A stretch of DNA of 64,000 bases from Octopus sinensis (taxonomy: Eukaryota), in assembly GCF_006345805.1 (NCBI RefSeq), contig NC_043006.1, forward strand, positions 868,001-932,000. The letters run 5' to 3'. The position numbers were made by a program, and so were the translations under genes. The notes beneath the pieces were generated by a model. The model had not been told where the DNA came from, made no database searches, and saw only the letters and a list, made by a program, of their open reading frames with translations. Position 1 is the first letter of the stretch; each line of letters opens with the position of its first letter. Shown here in pieces: positions 12,000 to 25,054 of the stretch.

Positions 12000-13350
12000 A
12001 ATTCTCTCGAGGAGAACAGTGACATATTTACTGAGTAATGGAAGAACCCGTCAAGAGCTTGGGGCGAGAATATTCTGGAACATTCTCAGAAAGGAGTCGT
12101 GGAATGGAAATTATGAAACAAGCCGAGATTGGATTATCAGTAATTGATAACTTAAAGTTACCAGGTAAATATAAAATTTTGTGTTTACAGTTCGGCTTGT
12201 ATCGCGACTTTCGTGACCACTTTTAATATACGAGGTAGCATTGACATGAGTTCAAATCATTGAACAAAAAATGTAATGTGTTCATTAGAAAGAGGCCAGG
12301 CCTACCTCGGATGTTGAACAGTTCAGCTCTTTATCGCAAAAGAGGCTCGTTGAAGTTACTACTGGCGTCAATAGTCGAAATATATAAACTGGAGGAGGTA
12401 CGAACGGTGATGATACTGAGAGAGTCGAAGGACATGAAAATCAGGCGCAATCGACCAGAGATGAAAATAGCCGGAAAGTGGAAAGCAGAAGCAGAAACTG
12501 ATGACATCAGGTCTTCTCTTAACACACCGAGATATGGTGGGTGCAACGCAAAATCATCGGAAGGGACTTGTTTTGGCACAGATCAGTTCAGACCATTCAC
12601 AAGTATGATGCGGAGCGAACGCAGATCTTTTGTTGGCAACAGCGTCAAAACTAGAGATTTTATTACCATCGTGCGCTCAGGACAGCGGATCCGTTTCAAG
12701 AAGAAGAACAACAAACTTCCTTTGAGCGATGAAAATTGGAACGGCTATAAGGAGGTGAGTGAAGATTTACCAGGGTGCCAGGGACTCTTTCCCATCCCAA
12801 TTACGAAAACAAACCGGACATTTTAATGTGGTGTGAAGGAAAGAAAGTTGTGAATCTAGTCGAGTTAACGGTTCCTCATGAAGATAACATGAACGCCGCT
12901 TGGGCTCGTACGATTGACCATTATGTAAACCTCTTCGAGGAATGTGAAGACGCAGGCTGGAAAGCGGAACATTTTCCTATCGAAGTCGGATGTAGGACAC
13001 AGTGTGAAACGACTATTGTTATCGTTAGGCCTAACTCATTGTAAAGTCAATACCACCATGACCGATATCCAAACTACAGTGGAGAAGGCTAGCCACTGGA
13101 TTTGGTTAAAAAGAGACGATGAGCGATGGCTAGAAGGATATTGAGCTTTATTTAATAAACAGTTGATCTTGCATGCAGGGCCTCATATCAGTGAGTGAGT
13201 GCGCATTGATGCCGTCGAGAGACAGGCCCCAAAACGGTGCGCATTCTTTCCTGATGATCCCATACACTTGCTGGTTTTCGATATGCGAAGCTTTCGACTG
13301 GTTGCACTCACATGTGCAAGTTCTTTGCAAAACATCACATTTATTTAAAA
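12000..13350 (+). mobile_element. 5'-truncated, internally deleted RLE LINE of HERO/NeSL type
   Basis: EEPVKSLGR..LPGKYKI.CLQFGL..PLLIYEV..RK.LGLP-like RT end (ORFs 12038, 12260), PDILMWCE..LVELTVPHED..GWKAEHFPIEVGCR nuclease (12775) and EKASHWIWLKR end (12944..13144). Several stops and frameshifts. Confidence 0.8.
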
Positions 13351-14654
13351 CAAAATTGGATGAAATAAATTTCCCATTTGTGATAATTGCAGCAAATATG
13401 TTATTAATAATAAGAATGCCGTTTAATTATAAGTTACTGGTGCAACATTAGCAAGGGTTAGCTAAAATGATATTCCCAACATATGCCGGGTAGCACTATA
13501 GTCAGTTATTGTAAGATCAGTTATCTCTTGTTGTGTGACGTGACTAAGACACCAGCATCATGTATTAAATAAACTAGTTTGTTATAAAGAATTAATAGTA
13601 TACTAAGCATAATTATAATTTCCAACTGTGATATGGGTCCCCAAAATGTCGGGTAGACAACAATTGATTAACTTTAGCCCAGAACAGAAATATTACTTAA
13701 TTTTTTCCCTCGAAATTATTAAAGGGGAAATCGACACCAGCAAGAATTGAAATCCAAACGCAAAGAAACTTTATAATAAGTTGGAATAATGATTTTCAAG
13801 ACACTTTCATTGGTAATATTGTGAAATATTGGTTTCTTTCTACGAGGAGACGGACTTAAACCGAAGTCCGCTAGTATATCGCATGTTATTCAATGTCGTT
13901 AACAACGCGTATTATCAAATGCTTATAAGTTTAGCTCAGGTACAAGAAAATATTTTAGGCGATTAAAATGGAATTAAAGTGGTATCCATATTTTTCTTGC
14001 TGATGACAGCAACGTAAAGGATGCAGTGTGTTCCAACTAGGGATTGAACTCTCGCACGTCTTCAGCTTTCTGGAACTTATTTTAACTATTCATTTCCTAC
14101 ATCAGTACAAGGTACAATAGATAAGGTTCCCATTTATGTGGCGCTACTGAAGTTAAGTGAGTAGTAATGGGATAGATAATGTTTTATCGTTGTTTGTGAG
14201 TTGCCATCGTTGTTTGGACCGGTGAACGCCATGTGGCCGCTGTTTAATGATAAACTCTGAGGGATTTTCGCCGCAGCATATATAAGAGATTATCAGCTTA
14301 AGAATAATGATAAGATAGATAAGGAGGGAAAGAGAGAGAAAGGGAGTGAGAGAGAGAGAAAGGGAGGGAGAGAGAAGGTCCACTATTTTTCAGTGTTCAA
14401 ATTAGGCATCAACAGAAAAGAAAAAAAATCTCATATTTTACCCGGCCATCTATGTGGGGCTAGTTAAAGTTAGGTTGATGGTATTAGTGTTTTTGAATAG
14501 TTGTGTCACTTTTTAGTTATTGTCATGATCTGGATTGGTGCAGGCTGTGTGTTAGCTGTTGAAACGCTTGCTAACCTGTGCAATACGGGAGTTGTTTTTA
14601 TCGTACCCTGAATAAGACAACCATTTAGTTGATGAACAAGTGTATATGGATGGA

Positions 14655-14725
14655 ACTTATATTATCGACCTCGAAAGGATAAAAGTCGAAGCCAACTTCG
14701 ATAATATTTGAACTCAGGGCGTTAA
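14655..14725 (-). mobile_element. SINE family A fragment (central domain)
   Basis: The reverse complement reads GAGTTCAAAT..TTTTATCCTTTCGAGGTCGATAATATAAGT, as in the copies at 17809 and 22079. Confidence 0.55.
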
Positions 14726-15429
14726 TAGTCGTAATCATATCTCGGTACATTTATGCATTAAATATTTATAACGTAGACACAAGATTACACATTTGATATA
14801 GGGAGCACAATCAACTCCGGTATTTGATCACTACTTGTTTTATCGACCATGGAAAGAAAAAAGAGAAAGCCAACCTAAGCTTGATTTGAACTTACATCAA
14901 AAGAGTTGTATCAAAATACGTTGAAACGTTTTCTTTGACACCGATGATTGTAGAACTTCTTCGCTTTCTAACTTCATTAAATATTTATTTTTATTCTTCA
15001 ATTTGCACAATATTATGCTTCCCCAACAAAAGCACCAAATAGAAACACGCAAATAGACATTGAATGCAAACAAACTCATAGTTGAATCAAGTAAAAAGTA
15101 TTATATGTAAAGAATATTCGAGGCAATTAGTCCAAACTCCGACTCGTTCGACCCACGAAACACTTTACCGTCGAAAAAAAGTCGTTTAGAAACTTACAAG
15201 TACTTCAATTTATTTTATCAGTGGTTAAGTGTTGTCGGCCATTAATATATGAGCAATAAAGCAAAACTAGTTTTTGATAGCTCTGTATTAATGATAATTA
15301 CTTAATGAACCTAATGAAAATAATATTTAAGCACAGTCTTTTGTATTTTTTCTGTATAGGTTTCCAATTTATTAGATACAAGGTTAAAGTGTTAGAAAGT
15401 AGCACTGAAAAAAGTTAATGGATTCCGGA

Positions 15430-15450
15430 TTATTGTTGTTATTGTTGTTG

Positions 15451-15512
<62 letters not shown>

Positions 15513-15540
15513 GTTGTTGTTGTTGTTGTTGTTGTTGTCG
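15430..15540 (+). repeat. (ATT)n/(GTT)n compound microsatellite
   Basis: Directly visible. Confidence 0.95.
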
Positions 15541-16599
15541 TCTTATCGACCGTGCAAGGATAAAATGCCAAATAAAGCTCAGTAGTTATGGAACTTAGCA
15601 TGGTGAGATTACTCAAGCGTATTAGCCCCAGGAATTAAGTATCTTCGAACACTTCTGTGCAACAATGAAGGACGGTGGACTGGCAGAAACATTTGTGCAT
15701 CGGAAAAAATGTGTTGTGAAATGTTTTCTTCCTATTGTGTGTTGTGTTATCCGTATATATAACCTTGCGTGTGTAACCGCATCTGCGGGTGGGTATTGTG
15801 AGGCTTCTATAAATAATTGTCTGTTTGCAGAAAGCTTGTGTTCGGAGGTATTCGGAAAAAATTAGGGAGAAATGCTTGGTTATGCTACAAGTTTGGTTTA
15901 AATGAGCATAGTTGTAATGCGATATATATGTATGTTCAAATATGCATGAGAATCATCTTGAGGCTGTGAGGGCTATGTGCTGGTATGTCTCGACGTTTCA
16001 TAATAGGTTGCTTCTCATTCTTATTTGTATTTTCTCCGCGGTGTGAAACGTTGAAACATACCAGTACATGGTTCTCACACCATTTTACATATAGCCATAG
16101 AGAGCGATCAATCTTGCGCCTGGCCTCGTCTTGGCTACGTGTTATTGAGAAGTCACACAAATGACGAGGCATTAATTATCTTGCTTGTCTATGACTTCCA
16201 GGTATTTTAACACCAGGCCTATTGACCAGAAGACATTCTCTCACGCCTACAAGTTGCAGCCGACTCACGGACGCAAACACATATCTTGTGCATGTAAGTT
16301 CGATATAGGTTTATAGACACACACACACATGGATCAAAACTGTATATATGGATCAAAACATACATACATATATTTTATTTTAATTATCTTGTTTCCCTTA
16401 AAATTTCTTATATTTCCGTCTCTTTAACTCTCTCATATAGGCTCTGATAAAGGGATAATATCCCTCATGTCCCTGAAACAGATGTGAGACTACCTTTCCC
16501 TTTAAAAATGTACTAGAAATCTAGAAATTCCACACTGACATGACTTTGCTGTCTCCTTTTATTTAGCATATATAATATTTATATAATATATACATATAC

Positions 16600-16666
<67 letters not shown>

Positions 16667-17441
16667 TATAGATACAGATATAGATATATATGTTATATAT
16701 ATAATATATAATATACATACATATATATGTATATATATTATATATACATATATATATTACATATACATATATATATTATAAATATATATATATATATGTA
16801 TATATGCATACAGATGTACATAGACACACACTGCTCTAAAATTAAGAAGTTTGTAGAGTTTCTTTTTATACTTTCTTTTATTATATACCTTATTTTTCAT
16901 TCGTAATTATATCTAATCCACTTCAGAATGAAGAAATAAAACGAAGAAAAACTAGCAGTTTGTTGTGACAAGCTTTTGTGATTATCCTTATTTGAAAGGC
17001 AATTAAATCTAAAACTATATCATCATTGTGAGTAAAGACAAAGTGTCACCTTTGCTTCCTGTTGTTGACAGTAGCTGTCGTCGAATAGCGATATGTTGTC
17101 GCATAAAGATACCTAAACTAGACAGAAAGGAAGACAAATTAAAATTAAGATGCCAATAGCTCGCTGTTACTTGGAAGCCAAGCAAGTTTCTTCAGCTAAA
17201 CTGTATAGAACGAACTGGTTTGCTTAAAATAGAAGAATCCCCAAAGGAGATCAGCATATTTTCCATCATGAGATGATCGGTCTTAAAGATTGACTCTCGA
17301 AACACCGTTTCATACGTTTACGAATACGATCACGCATGCGTGTATTTATACACAAATATATGGTGTAGTTACAAATAAATACCCATGCATGCATTCGTAT
17401 ACACATAATCGGAAATTATATGCATTATATTACATTATATT

Positions 17442-17617
17442 ATACTCTTTTACTCTTTTACTTGTTTCAGTCAATTGGTTGCGGCCATGATGGAGCACCA
17501 CCTTTAGTCGAGCAAATCGACCCCAGGACATCTTTGTAAGCCTAGCACTTATTCTATCGGTCTTATTTGCCGAACCGCTAAGTTACGGGGACGTAAACAC
17601 ACCGGCATCGGTTGTCA
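17442..17617 (-). mobile_element. SINE family B, 3' half
   Basis: Aligns by eye to the 3' half of the full copies at 29571-29980 and 44325-44770. Confidence 0.8.
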
Positions 17618-17808
17618 TATTTATATACATCTATATAAATATATACACTTATGTATATATGTATATGTGCATGTATACGTGTGCGCGCTCGTATGTGTGT
17701 GAGAGCGAGTGTATGTGTGTGTGTGTGTGTGTATGTGTTATATATTCTTGACTAAAAGTCCACGAGTAAAAAAAAACGGTATTCGTACATTAGGTAGTAA
17801 AATGGGTA

Positions 17809-18035
17809 AGGCGGTGAGCTGGCAGAATCGTTAGCACACGGGACAAAATGCTTAGCGGCATTTCGCCTGTCCTTGCATTCTCAGTTCAAATTCAACCGAA
17901 GTCCACTTTGCCTATCATCTTTTCGGGGTTGATAAAATAAGTACGAGTTGAGTAGTGGGGTCGATGTAATCGACATACCTCTTCCTCCAAAACTGCTGGC
18001 CGTGTGCGAAAATTTGAAACCAGTATTACTATTAT
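17809..18035 (+). mobile_element. SINE family A (tRNA-like head, conserved central domain GCCTTTCATCCTTTCGGGGTCGATAAAATAAGTAC)
   Basis: A-box-like GAGCTGGCAGAATCG, B-box-like AGTTCAAATTC; several copies in the window. Confidence 0.8.
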
Positions 18036-19109
18036 TTGTACGGCTATCATAGTGGTAGTTGATACAATTATTAGCCTCAGTATGTGTCCGCCTCTGCAGT
18101 TCAGGTAACAGAAAGCGAAGTGAAATGAGAAATTTTAATATCGTCAAGATCTTTCACAAGGAAAACGGGGGCTGAGATAATTGATTTAACTTTAATCAGA
18201 TGTGAATGAAATCAACTCATCTGATTGACTCACCGAGTGAAGAAGTCCCCCCACTGTGCGTCACTCGCAAGATTCATTTCTAAATTGTGTAAATAAAATT
18301 TCCAACTTGAATGCCTAAATGCAATATCGTAAAGGAAAGAGTGTTTCAATTAGTCAAACATTAGTTATATAGAATTAAAATTACATTTCTCAGCAGTATT
18401 ATACAAAAACACTATAGAATACCAATACCAGGTTAATTTCTATCGCCAAGGACCTCTCGCTCAGACATTAAACCATTAAGATCCAATTTCTATCCGTATT
18501 TTGTATTATTATATTGCAGGAGCACAGAGGGTAAAATTTGCAGTGAAGGAAAGAGGAGGCTGGAATCGTTGTGTTCTCGAAGGCATTAACTTTATTTCAA
18601 AATGGATCGTCGATTTGTCACAACGGGCGCAATGCCTCATTCGTTTCGTCTCCCTCTTTCTCTCCCCATCATTCTCTCTTCGAATCATTCTCTTTCACGT
18701 TCGCTTTTAATTTTGTATTTAAATGTGAACCCGATTAATGACAGACTCCAGCAGCTTTAGATAAACAGGAACTGCTCTTTATGCTTTTATTTTTATTTCC
18801 TCATTGATATTTGTACAATGATTCTGCAAGATCATGAAAATATTTTGCTTAAACATTCTCAGAATTACCACAAACTACTAATATCAGAAATATTCATTTA
18901 TGACACAACTGATGGAAATTTCCGGCTTGAAAATCGCAATCTTTTAATCACCTTCTAAATATCCTTCGATCGATAAAGACACAATTTGAAGCTGGCGCAG
19001 ACGATAAATTAATAGATTCGCCAAACGAAATATTAGCGGTTCGTTTCTCGTCACCATTGAATGGTGTTGAATTTAAAAGAACTCAGCTTCCATTGATATT
19101 ATTATCTTC

Positions 19110-19535
19110 CTAGAATCGTGAGCGCGTTGGGAAAAACATCTTGCGGCATTTCTTCCGGCTGTTTACATTCTAAGTTCAAATAGTGCCAAGGCTAACTTTG
19201 TCTTTTAAGGCCGTATAGTAAGTACCAGTTGAACACTGAATTGGTGCAATAGAGTGACCCACTCCATCTAAAATAACTGATCTCGAGTCAAAGTTTGGAA
19301 TAACTAAAGGCAGTGGTGAGCTGTCAGTATCGTGAAAGCGTCAGATAAAATGCTTAGCAACATTTCTTCCGACTTTCTACGTCATGGGGAGTTCAAATCT
19401 CATTGAAGCCAACTTTGCCCTTGATTCTTCTGGGGTCGATAACGTGAAGTGTCAGTCAAGTAATGACGGGAATGTAATCAACTTACCTTCTCCCTAAAAT
19501 AGCTGACTTTGTTCCAAAATTTGAAAGAATTATTA
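19110..19535 (+). mobile_element. Two decayed SINE family A copies in tandem
   Basis: Two successive GTTCAAAT...CAACTTTG...AAGT...AAATTTG blocks (19110-19310 and 19310-19535). Confidence 0.55.
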
Positions 19536-20808
19536 ATTATATTGCTATTATATAAGGGAGTGTTTGCCATAGAAACGATAGCATGATTGTAAACAAACAA
19601 ACCACCGCCCAACTACAAACAGATATAAAATATGTATTATATAAAATTTAATTCGAACACGTATAATGAAAAAGACAAACAGATTGTAAAAATAACTAAG
19701 TCTGAACGGATACAGCAAAAACTTCAAACGGTTAAAGAAGTTGTTAAAAATAACATTAATGTAAGATTTTCTTGAGATTCACAAATAGTTTCTTGAGATA
19801 TGTCAGTTCGAAACAAATAAAACACATTGAAAACTGTGCTATGAGTGACAGCACCTTCTCACCCATGCAGCACATACAAGATCTTGCAATGAGGAGGGTA
19901 ACATACTTCTGTATTGTTAGAAGTGGAAGAACAGTTGCAAAGAACAGTTCTATACATGAATAGATCTAGTTTCTATGAATCTTGGCAATATGTCATATAT
20001 GGTGGCATCTACCTAGTTTTTAACAGCAATACCAAGGCGAGGCGACTGACTGTTTAGTGCGGCACATATCCGCCTATAGGCTCTCTAAAACAATACACGG
20101 ATCAGTGCAATAAAAGACTGGCTGTTAAGACTGGCTGATTTGTGGTCACCTTTGTAATATAATACAGGTACGTTGTGAGATCACGAGAAATGACATCTGG
20201 TTGGAAGGGGTCAGTATGAACTAATGAGTTGTAATAACCTCAGAAAAGCATGAAGCCATTCAAGACTTGGTGTAGGTGTAGAATTATAAGCAACGAGAGT
20301 GGTGCATATAACATGGACTGTTACACTTATGGAAGTGAGACTCACTAAAAGACTTTCTAATCTGAAGAACCATAAAGCAGAGAAAAGGGAAATGTGGCGG
20401 ATCATCAACAATAACAACTGGCACCAAGCACTGCTGTCGCAGCAATACTGTTATTTGCTCCACCGGCGGCAGCTCCCAACTTTACCTCGTTCTAGGTACG
20501 AAACGTCATGGCTACTCCATTGTCTTGTAACAATGGGGAGGATGTAGAGGGTGAGAAGGATGGGAGAGTGTTTAATTAGTAAAAACGGCAAACAAGAAAA
20601 AAAATGAAATAGAGAGTCTACTCCGAAGATAAGTTGAATGTGCTAGGTGCAACCCCAATATCTCAAGGAAATGATTTTCATGGTGGCGTCAAGCAAAATA
20701 CTTTCCCTACTAAACAAATAGGAAACCTACCCCCCCCCAGGTCTTTATTGAAGAAGTGATATGTATAACCAAAGGAATTCAAGAGATATTCCAGTGTATT
20801 GATAAGTC

Positions 20809-21258
20809 ATAACATTTGATACCAACCTGCCCAAAACACTTTGTTTTAAAGTGTTCGTAGTTTAAAATCCTCCACCAAAATTTCATTTTTTCTGACGTTC
20901 CAAACACCAACTTTTCTACCAAAGTTATTTTACAATATTCTCCATTTTTCAAATTCAAGTAAAATAAGGACAGTGTATTTCAACAGAAATATTCTTGTCA
21001 CGTGATTTAGCTTCTGTCTCTTTCCGTGATGCTTACTTGACCCCTTTGATGCCAAACCACTCCAGACCGTCCCTGCTTCTATGACTTTAAACTTCTTGCT
21101 TTAAAGTAATCTAACTTAAAACATTTCATTATGTTGTCATCCTTAATTTCTGTTCCAATCATCAACTTAATAATGACATAGAAATTCCTCTAAATTCTTC
21201 ATTATTTCCAAAATAAAGGCAGTCGATTTCAACAGTAATATGGTAACAAAAGGGTTAA
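20809..21258. mobile_element. Possible piggyBac-type MITE
   Basis: Right end GGTAACAAAAGGG-TTAA (21242-21258); degenerate left end ATAACATTTGATACCAAC. A similar right end GGTAACGAAAGGG-TTAA occurs near 58190-58205. Confidence 0.35.
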
Positions 21259-21839
21259 ACTAGAATTATACATGTTGAGGCATTTGAAATAGAAATAAAT
21301 TATTCGAAAGTCGATCAAAATATTGATTTTTGTTCTTTTCCTCTCTGACATGATATCGAGAGAATATGTTTATCAACCGACTTAAATACAATATGATGAT
21401 GCAGGCATATTGTTAACAGAATTGATTTATTGACAATCAGTCGTGTTTACAAATTATTGATTTTTTTTCATCGAATATTCGAAGTGGTATTAAACACATC
21501 GGTCAGGTAGGAAAATTGACAACATCGTGGTACAAAGAAGTAATAAAAAGAAAAAAAAAACCCACCGGAAACCATCTAGACGCATTTGAGTGGTGAATGT
21601 TTGTAACATTAACGGGACGTAAAGCAATAAATTGTGGAATTAAGAAAGGTAAACACATTAATAATCAGGGCTGAAATAAGACGAAGATGGAGTAGAAAAA
21701 GGGAAATGATGGAGCGATAAATTGATGATACTGCTTCTGTGTCTGTGTATGAGTGTGTGTGCGTGTGAGAGTGTATGTACTCGAACGCGAGTAGGTGTGC
21801 GTGTTCAAGAATTCTTTTTAAAATAGAACTCAAAATAAG

Positions 21840-21884
<45 letters not shown>

Positions 21885-22078
21885 GCATTCACACACACAC
21901 ACATACACACACGCATTCACACACACACAAGCACCTGACTTAATGGAGATCGCTCTGGACTTAAAATCTAGCGATCAGAGTTCCTTCTCTCGGCAGAACC
22001 TGAATCACTTATACTCGTATTACACGTGAGTGAGTGAATGTGTACACAGAGACGCATGACTAAGTGGTTAGGAAGCTA

Positions 22079-22307
22079 GGCGGCGAGCTGGCAGAAACGT
22101 TAGCGCGCCGGGCAAAATGCTTATCGGTATTTCGTCTGCCGTTACGTTCTGAGTTCAAATTCCGCCGAGGTCAACTTTGCCTTTCATCCTTTCGGGGTCG
22201 ATAAATTAAGTACCAATTACGCACTGGGGTCGATATAATCGCCTTAATCCCTTTGTCTGTTCTTGTTTGTCCCTTCTGTGTTTAGCCGCTTGTGGGTAGT
22301 AAATAAA
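22079..22307 (+). mobile_element. SINE family A, young copy with a target-site duplication, nested in an older SINE head
   Basis: TTAGGAAGCTAGG occurs at 22068-22080 and 22308-22320; full head, core and 3' end present. Confidence 0.88.
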
Positions 22308-22978
22308 TTAGGAAGCTAGGCTTACGATCAGAAGTTTGTGAACTGCTTTCTCTTTTAGGAAGACACTCGGTTCCAGAATCTTCTAGTCTATTCAGCTGAA
22401 GTTAAGCAACAGCTGTGTGTGGATGTAGCCTCTCTACTTTCAGGTCTCACATCCAGGATGTGTCGCTGGGGACCGAGTGTCGCAAGTGTCGCTGGGGACC
22501 GAGTCGGTATCTACGTGTCTACGTCTGCTCGCCGATATCATACAAAAGCATGGGTATCTTATATGCAGTCAAAAATGCTTGCACCTTGCGGAATGACGGT
22601 TATATTCTTATAAATTTGCCTTCTGTATAACCTCTACATTTCACCAGGTGATATACTGCCATATATGTAACAGACGTCGTATTCGAGAGTAAACCAAAAC
22701 ATTGGAATGTATGTAGTGATGTTTTCAACTATATATTTGTTTTTGTTTACTAAATGATGCATTACGTAATATGCATAAATTATACCTTTGGTCTATTCAT
22801 GGATTTGCCGGGCATCCAGAATCAGTATACAACAGTTTAGCTTTGTACGGACCGCTTTACTGAGCAGCTGAATTAATTGGAGGTGCTTCTAAGTTAAATT
22901 GCCAAAATCTATTCAGTTCTTTCCATACTACTTGTACATAATACATACATACATACATGTATACATACATACATACAT

Positions 22979-23746
22979 GCGTTTGCAATCCAGGAAGAGG
23001 AAATGTCAACCAAGTACCTGATGCACAAAATAGATAGAGGTGCAGAAAATGCCGTAAAATGTGACAACCGATGCAGATTTTGTGGAGTTCAAGACATCAC
23101 CCACATCATAAGGAGTTGTCCAAAGATGTCATGGCGGTATTATCTACCGATGAGATATAACGTTGTATCTAGGACACTCTATAATGAAATCCGTCGGAAG
23201 GATAATCATGAGGACAAAGAAATAAAAACCCACGATATGGTAGAAGCCATATCCACTCATAATGAAAAGGAATACTGGTGGAACGTACCAGTGAAGACCT
23301 CAATAAAGTGTAAGCATATCAGACCTGATGTAATGATTTGGAATAGAGAAGAGAAACTGTGTACAGTTATGGAAATTAGCTACCCAGTAGATGTTAACAT
23401 AAAGCTGAAGATCAGTGAAAACGAGAACACCTATGCTGAACTACCGAGAAATTTGCAGTTACTCTATCCAGATTACAAGTTCAGGCTTATACTTGTAATT
23501 ATTGGGGCTCAGGGATATATAATACATTGCCTAAATACTAATCTTGAGAAATTAAGCTTCTCTAAACCAGAAAGGAGGAAACTAATTCGAAAACTAAAGA
23601 TCCAATCCATCACTGGAACTGTAAATATCTGTAAATATCTGGAACTGTAAATATCTTCCAAAAGTTTATCATTTAAATATATATGAGCTTGTCTAGATAT
23701 GTAACTATATGCATGAGAATACATACATAAAACATACAAATCTGCA
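22979..23746 (+). mobile_element. 5'-truncated RLE LINE flanked by (TACA)n on both sides
   Basis: AFAIQEEEMSTKYL..CRFCG..DITHIIRSC..RPDVMIWN..MEIS..IIGAQG (ORF 23003..23650). (TACA)n at 22934-22978 and 23747-23824. Confidence 0.82.
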
Positions 23747-23759
23747 CATACATACATAC

Positions 23760-23790
<31 letters not shown>

Positions 23791-23796
23791 CATACA

Positions 23797-23826
<30 letters not shown>

Positions 23827-23827
<1 letters not shown>

Positions 23828-24387
23828 GTTATGTCAGGTCACTTTCGAGTGCTACTGGTAACATGTAACCCAGTACAACCTGTTGCATGGTCGGGTCGTC
23901 GGCGACTAAACCGGCAACCCCACCAAGCTTGCTTGGTGAGGAGGGTGTTTATTGGTCACCCTGCGGGATGAAAAACAAAACCTGTCAAAGGGCGGAGGAT
24001 CTCTTGAGAGTCAACGGCCATCCAATAAATGTCTTAAGGCTGTATCATGCGCAGGGACATAGAAATAATCGGACTGAATACCCGATCGCGCAGTTAAACC
24101 ATTGGGAGTGAAGGACTCCTAGCCTTTGTTAGGGCATCCTTCTAGGAGAAGGTAACTCAGGTAACTGGGATAACTCTGACATAAAACCTGTGGCTCAGTG
24201 GTTACCGATGATGTTGACTTGTTCTTCTTTTCGGATTATGGCTGCTGTTGCTTAGTGAGTGGGATTGACTCAGTGCACAGCCTTTCCTCACTTAAAAAAA
24301 ATCTTCTTGCACAGGCATTGCACAATAACAACATTGATTAAGTTTTGTGCAATGGCCATACTCGATAACAAGGGGGCAGCTACCATG
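23827..24387 (+). mobile_element. RTE-type 5' UTR-like non-autonomous element with a (TATG)n tail at 24388-24447
   Basis: GGGCATCCTTCTAGGAGAAGGTAACTC..CTCTGACATAAAACC resembles the RTE 5' UTR motif (from memory). No ORF; GC-richer than its flanks. Confidence 0.45.
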
Positions 24388-24589
24388 TATGTATGTATGT
24401 ATGTATGTATGTATGTATGTATGTATGTATGTATGTATGTATGTATGCATATATAACTTCATGTTTGTACGTATATATTCTCCCATAGACATACGAGCCT
24501 GAAAAGTTAGTAGGCTGATTATGAAGGAGTGGTGCTAGAACTGTGAAACCTTCCAGGTATTAATTTCATCTCATCCCATTGATAACTGC

Positions 24590-25054
24590 ATTGTTTCTTT
24601 CCAACCAAATGTTTCGGGTCTAGTCCCACTGCGTGGCAACTTGGGATGGTGTCTTTTACCATTGCCTCGGGCTGACCAAGGCCTATTGAGTGAATTTGGT
24701 AGACGGAAACGGAAAGAAGCATGTCGTATATATATATATATATACACACATTAAGTACAGGACATCAATGAGTGAAAACAAAACGTAAACACATGAGAGA
24801 TAAGTACGGGACAAAATACCCCAAAATACACAAGTACAGGACATCACCAACAAGTGGCCTTATTATCTGTGTTTGTTCCCCACCACCCTTAACAACCGGT
24901 GTTGATTTGTTTCCAACCCTGTAACGTACCCGTTCTACAATAGAGACAGATGGAACAAGTATCAGGCTTTAAAAAAAATGAGTAAAGGGATGGGTTTGTT
25001 CGACTAAAATTCTTCGAGGCGATGTCTGATGACTGACTTGTGTAAAATAAAAGA
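24590..25054 (+). mobile_element. SINE family B, decayed copy with internal insertion
   Basis: 5' half GTCCCACTGCGTGGCA..TTGGTAGACGGAAAC (24590-24730); 3' half TGTTTGTTCCCC..GTTCGACTAAAA..GATGACTGA (24860-25054). Confidence 0.6.

Noticed and set aside
13206-13290. Hammerhead in the HERO 3' UTR (CTGATGA at 13250)
   Set aside because: No GAAA or stem III in any valid permutation.
14170-14325. Cluster of WGATAR motifs as an enhancer
   Set aside because: Expected by chance in AT-rich DNA next to decayed AGAT/AG repeats.
20211-20547. Overlapping short ORFs as a host exon
   Set aside because: No splice context or domain similarity; stops in the most protein-like frames.
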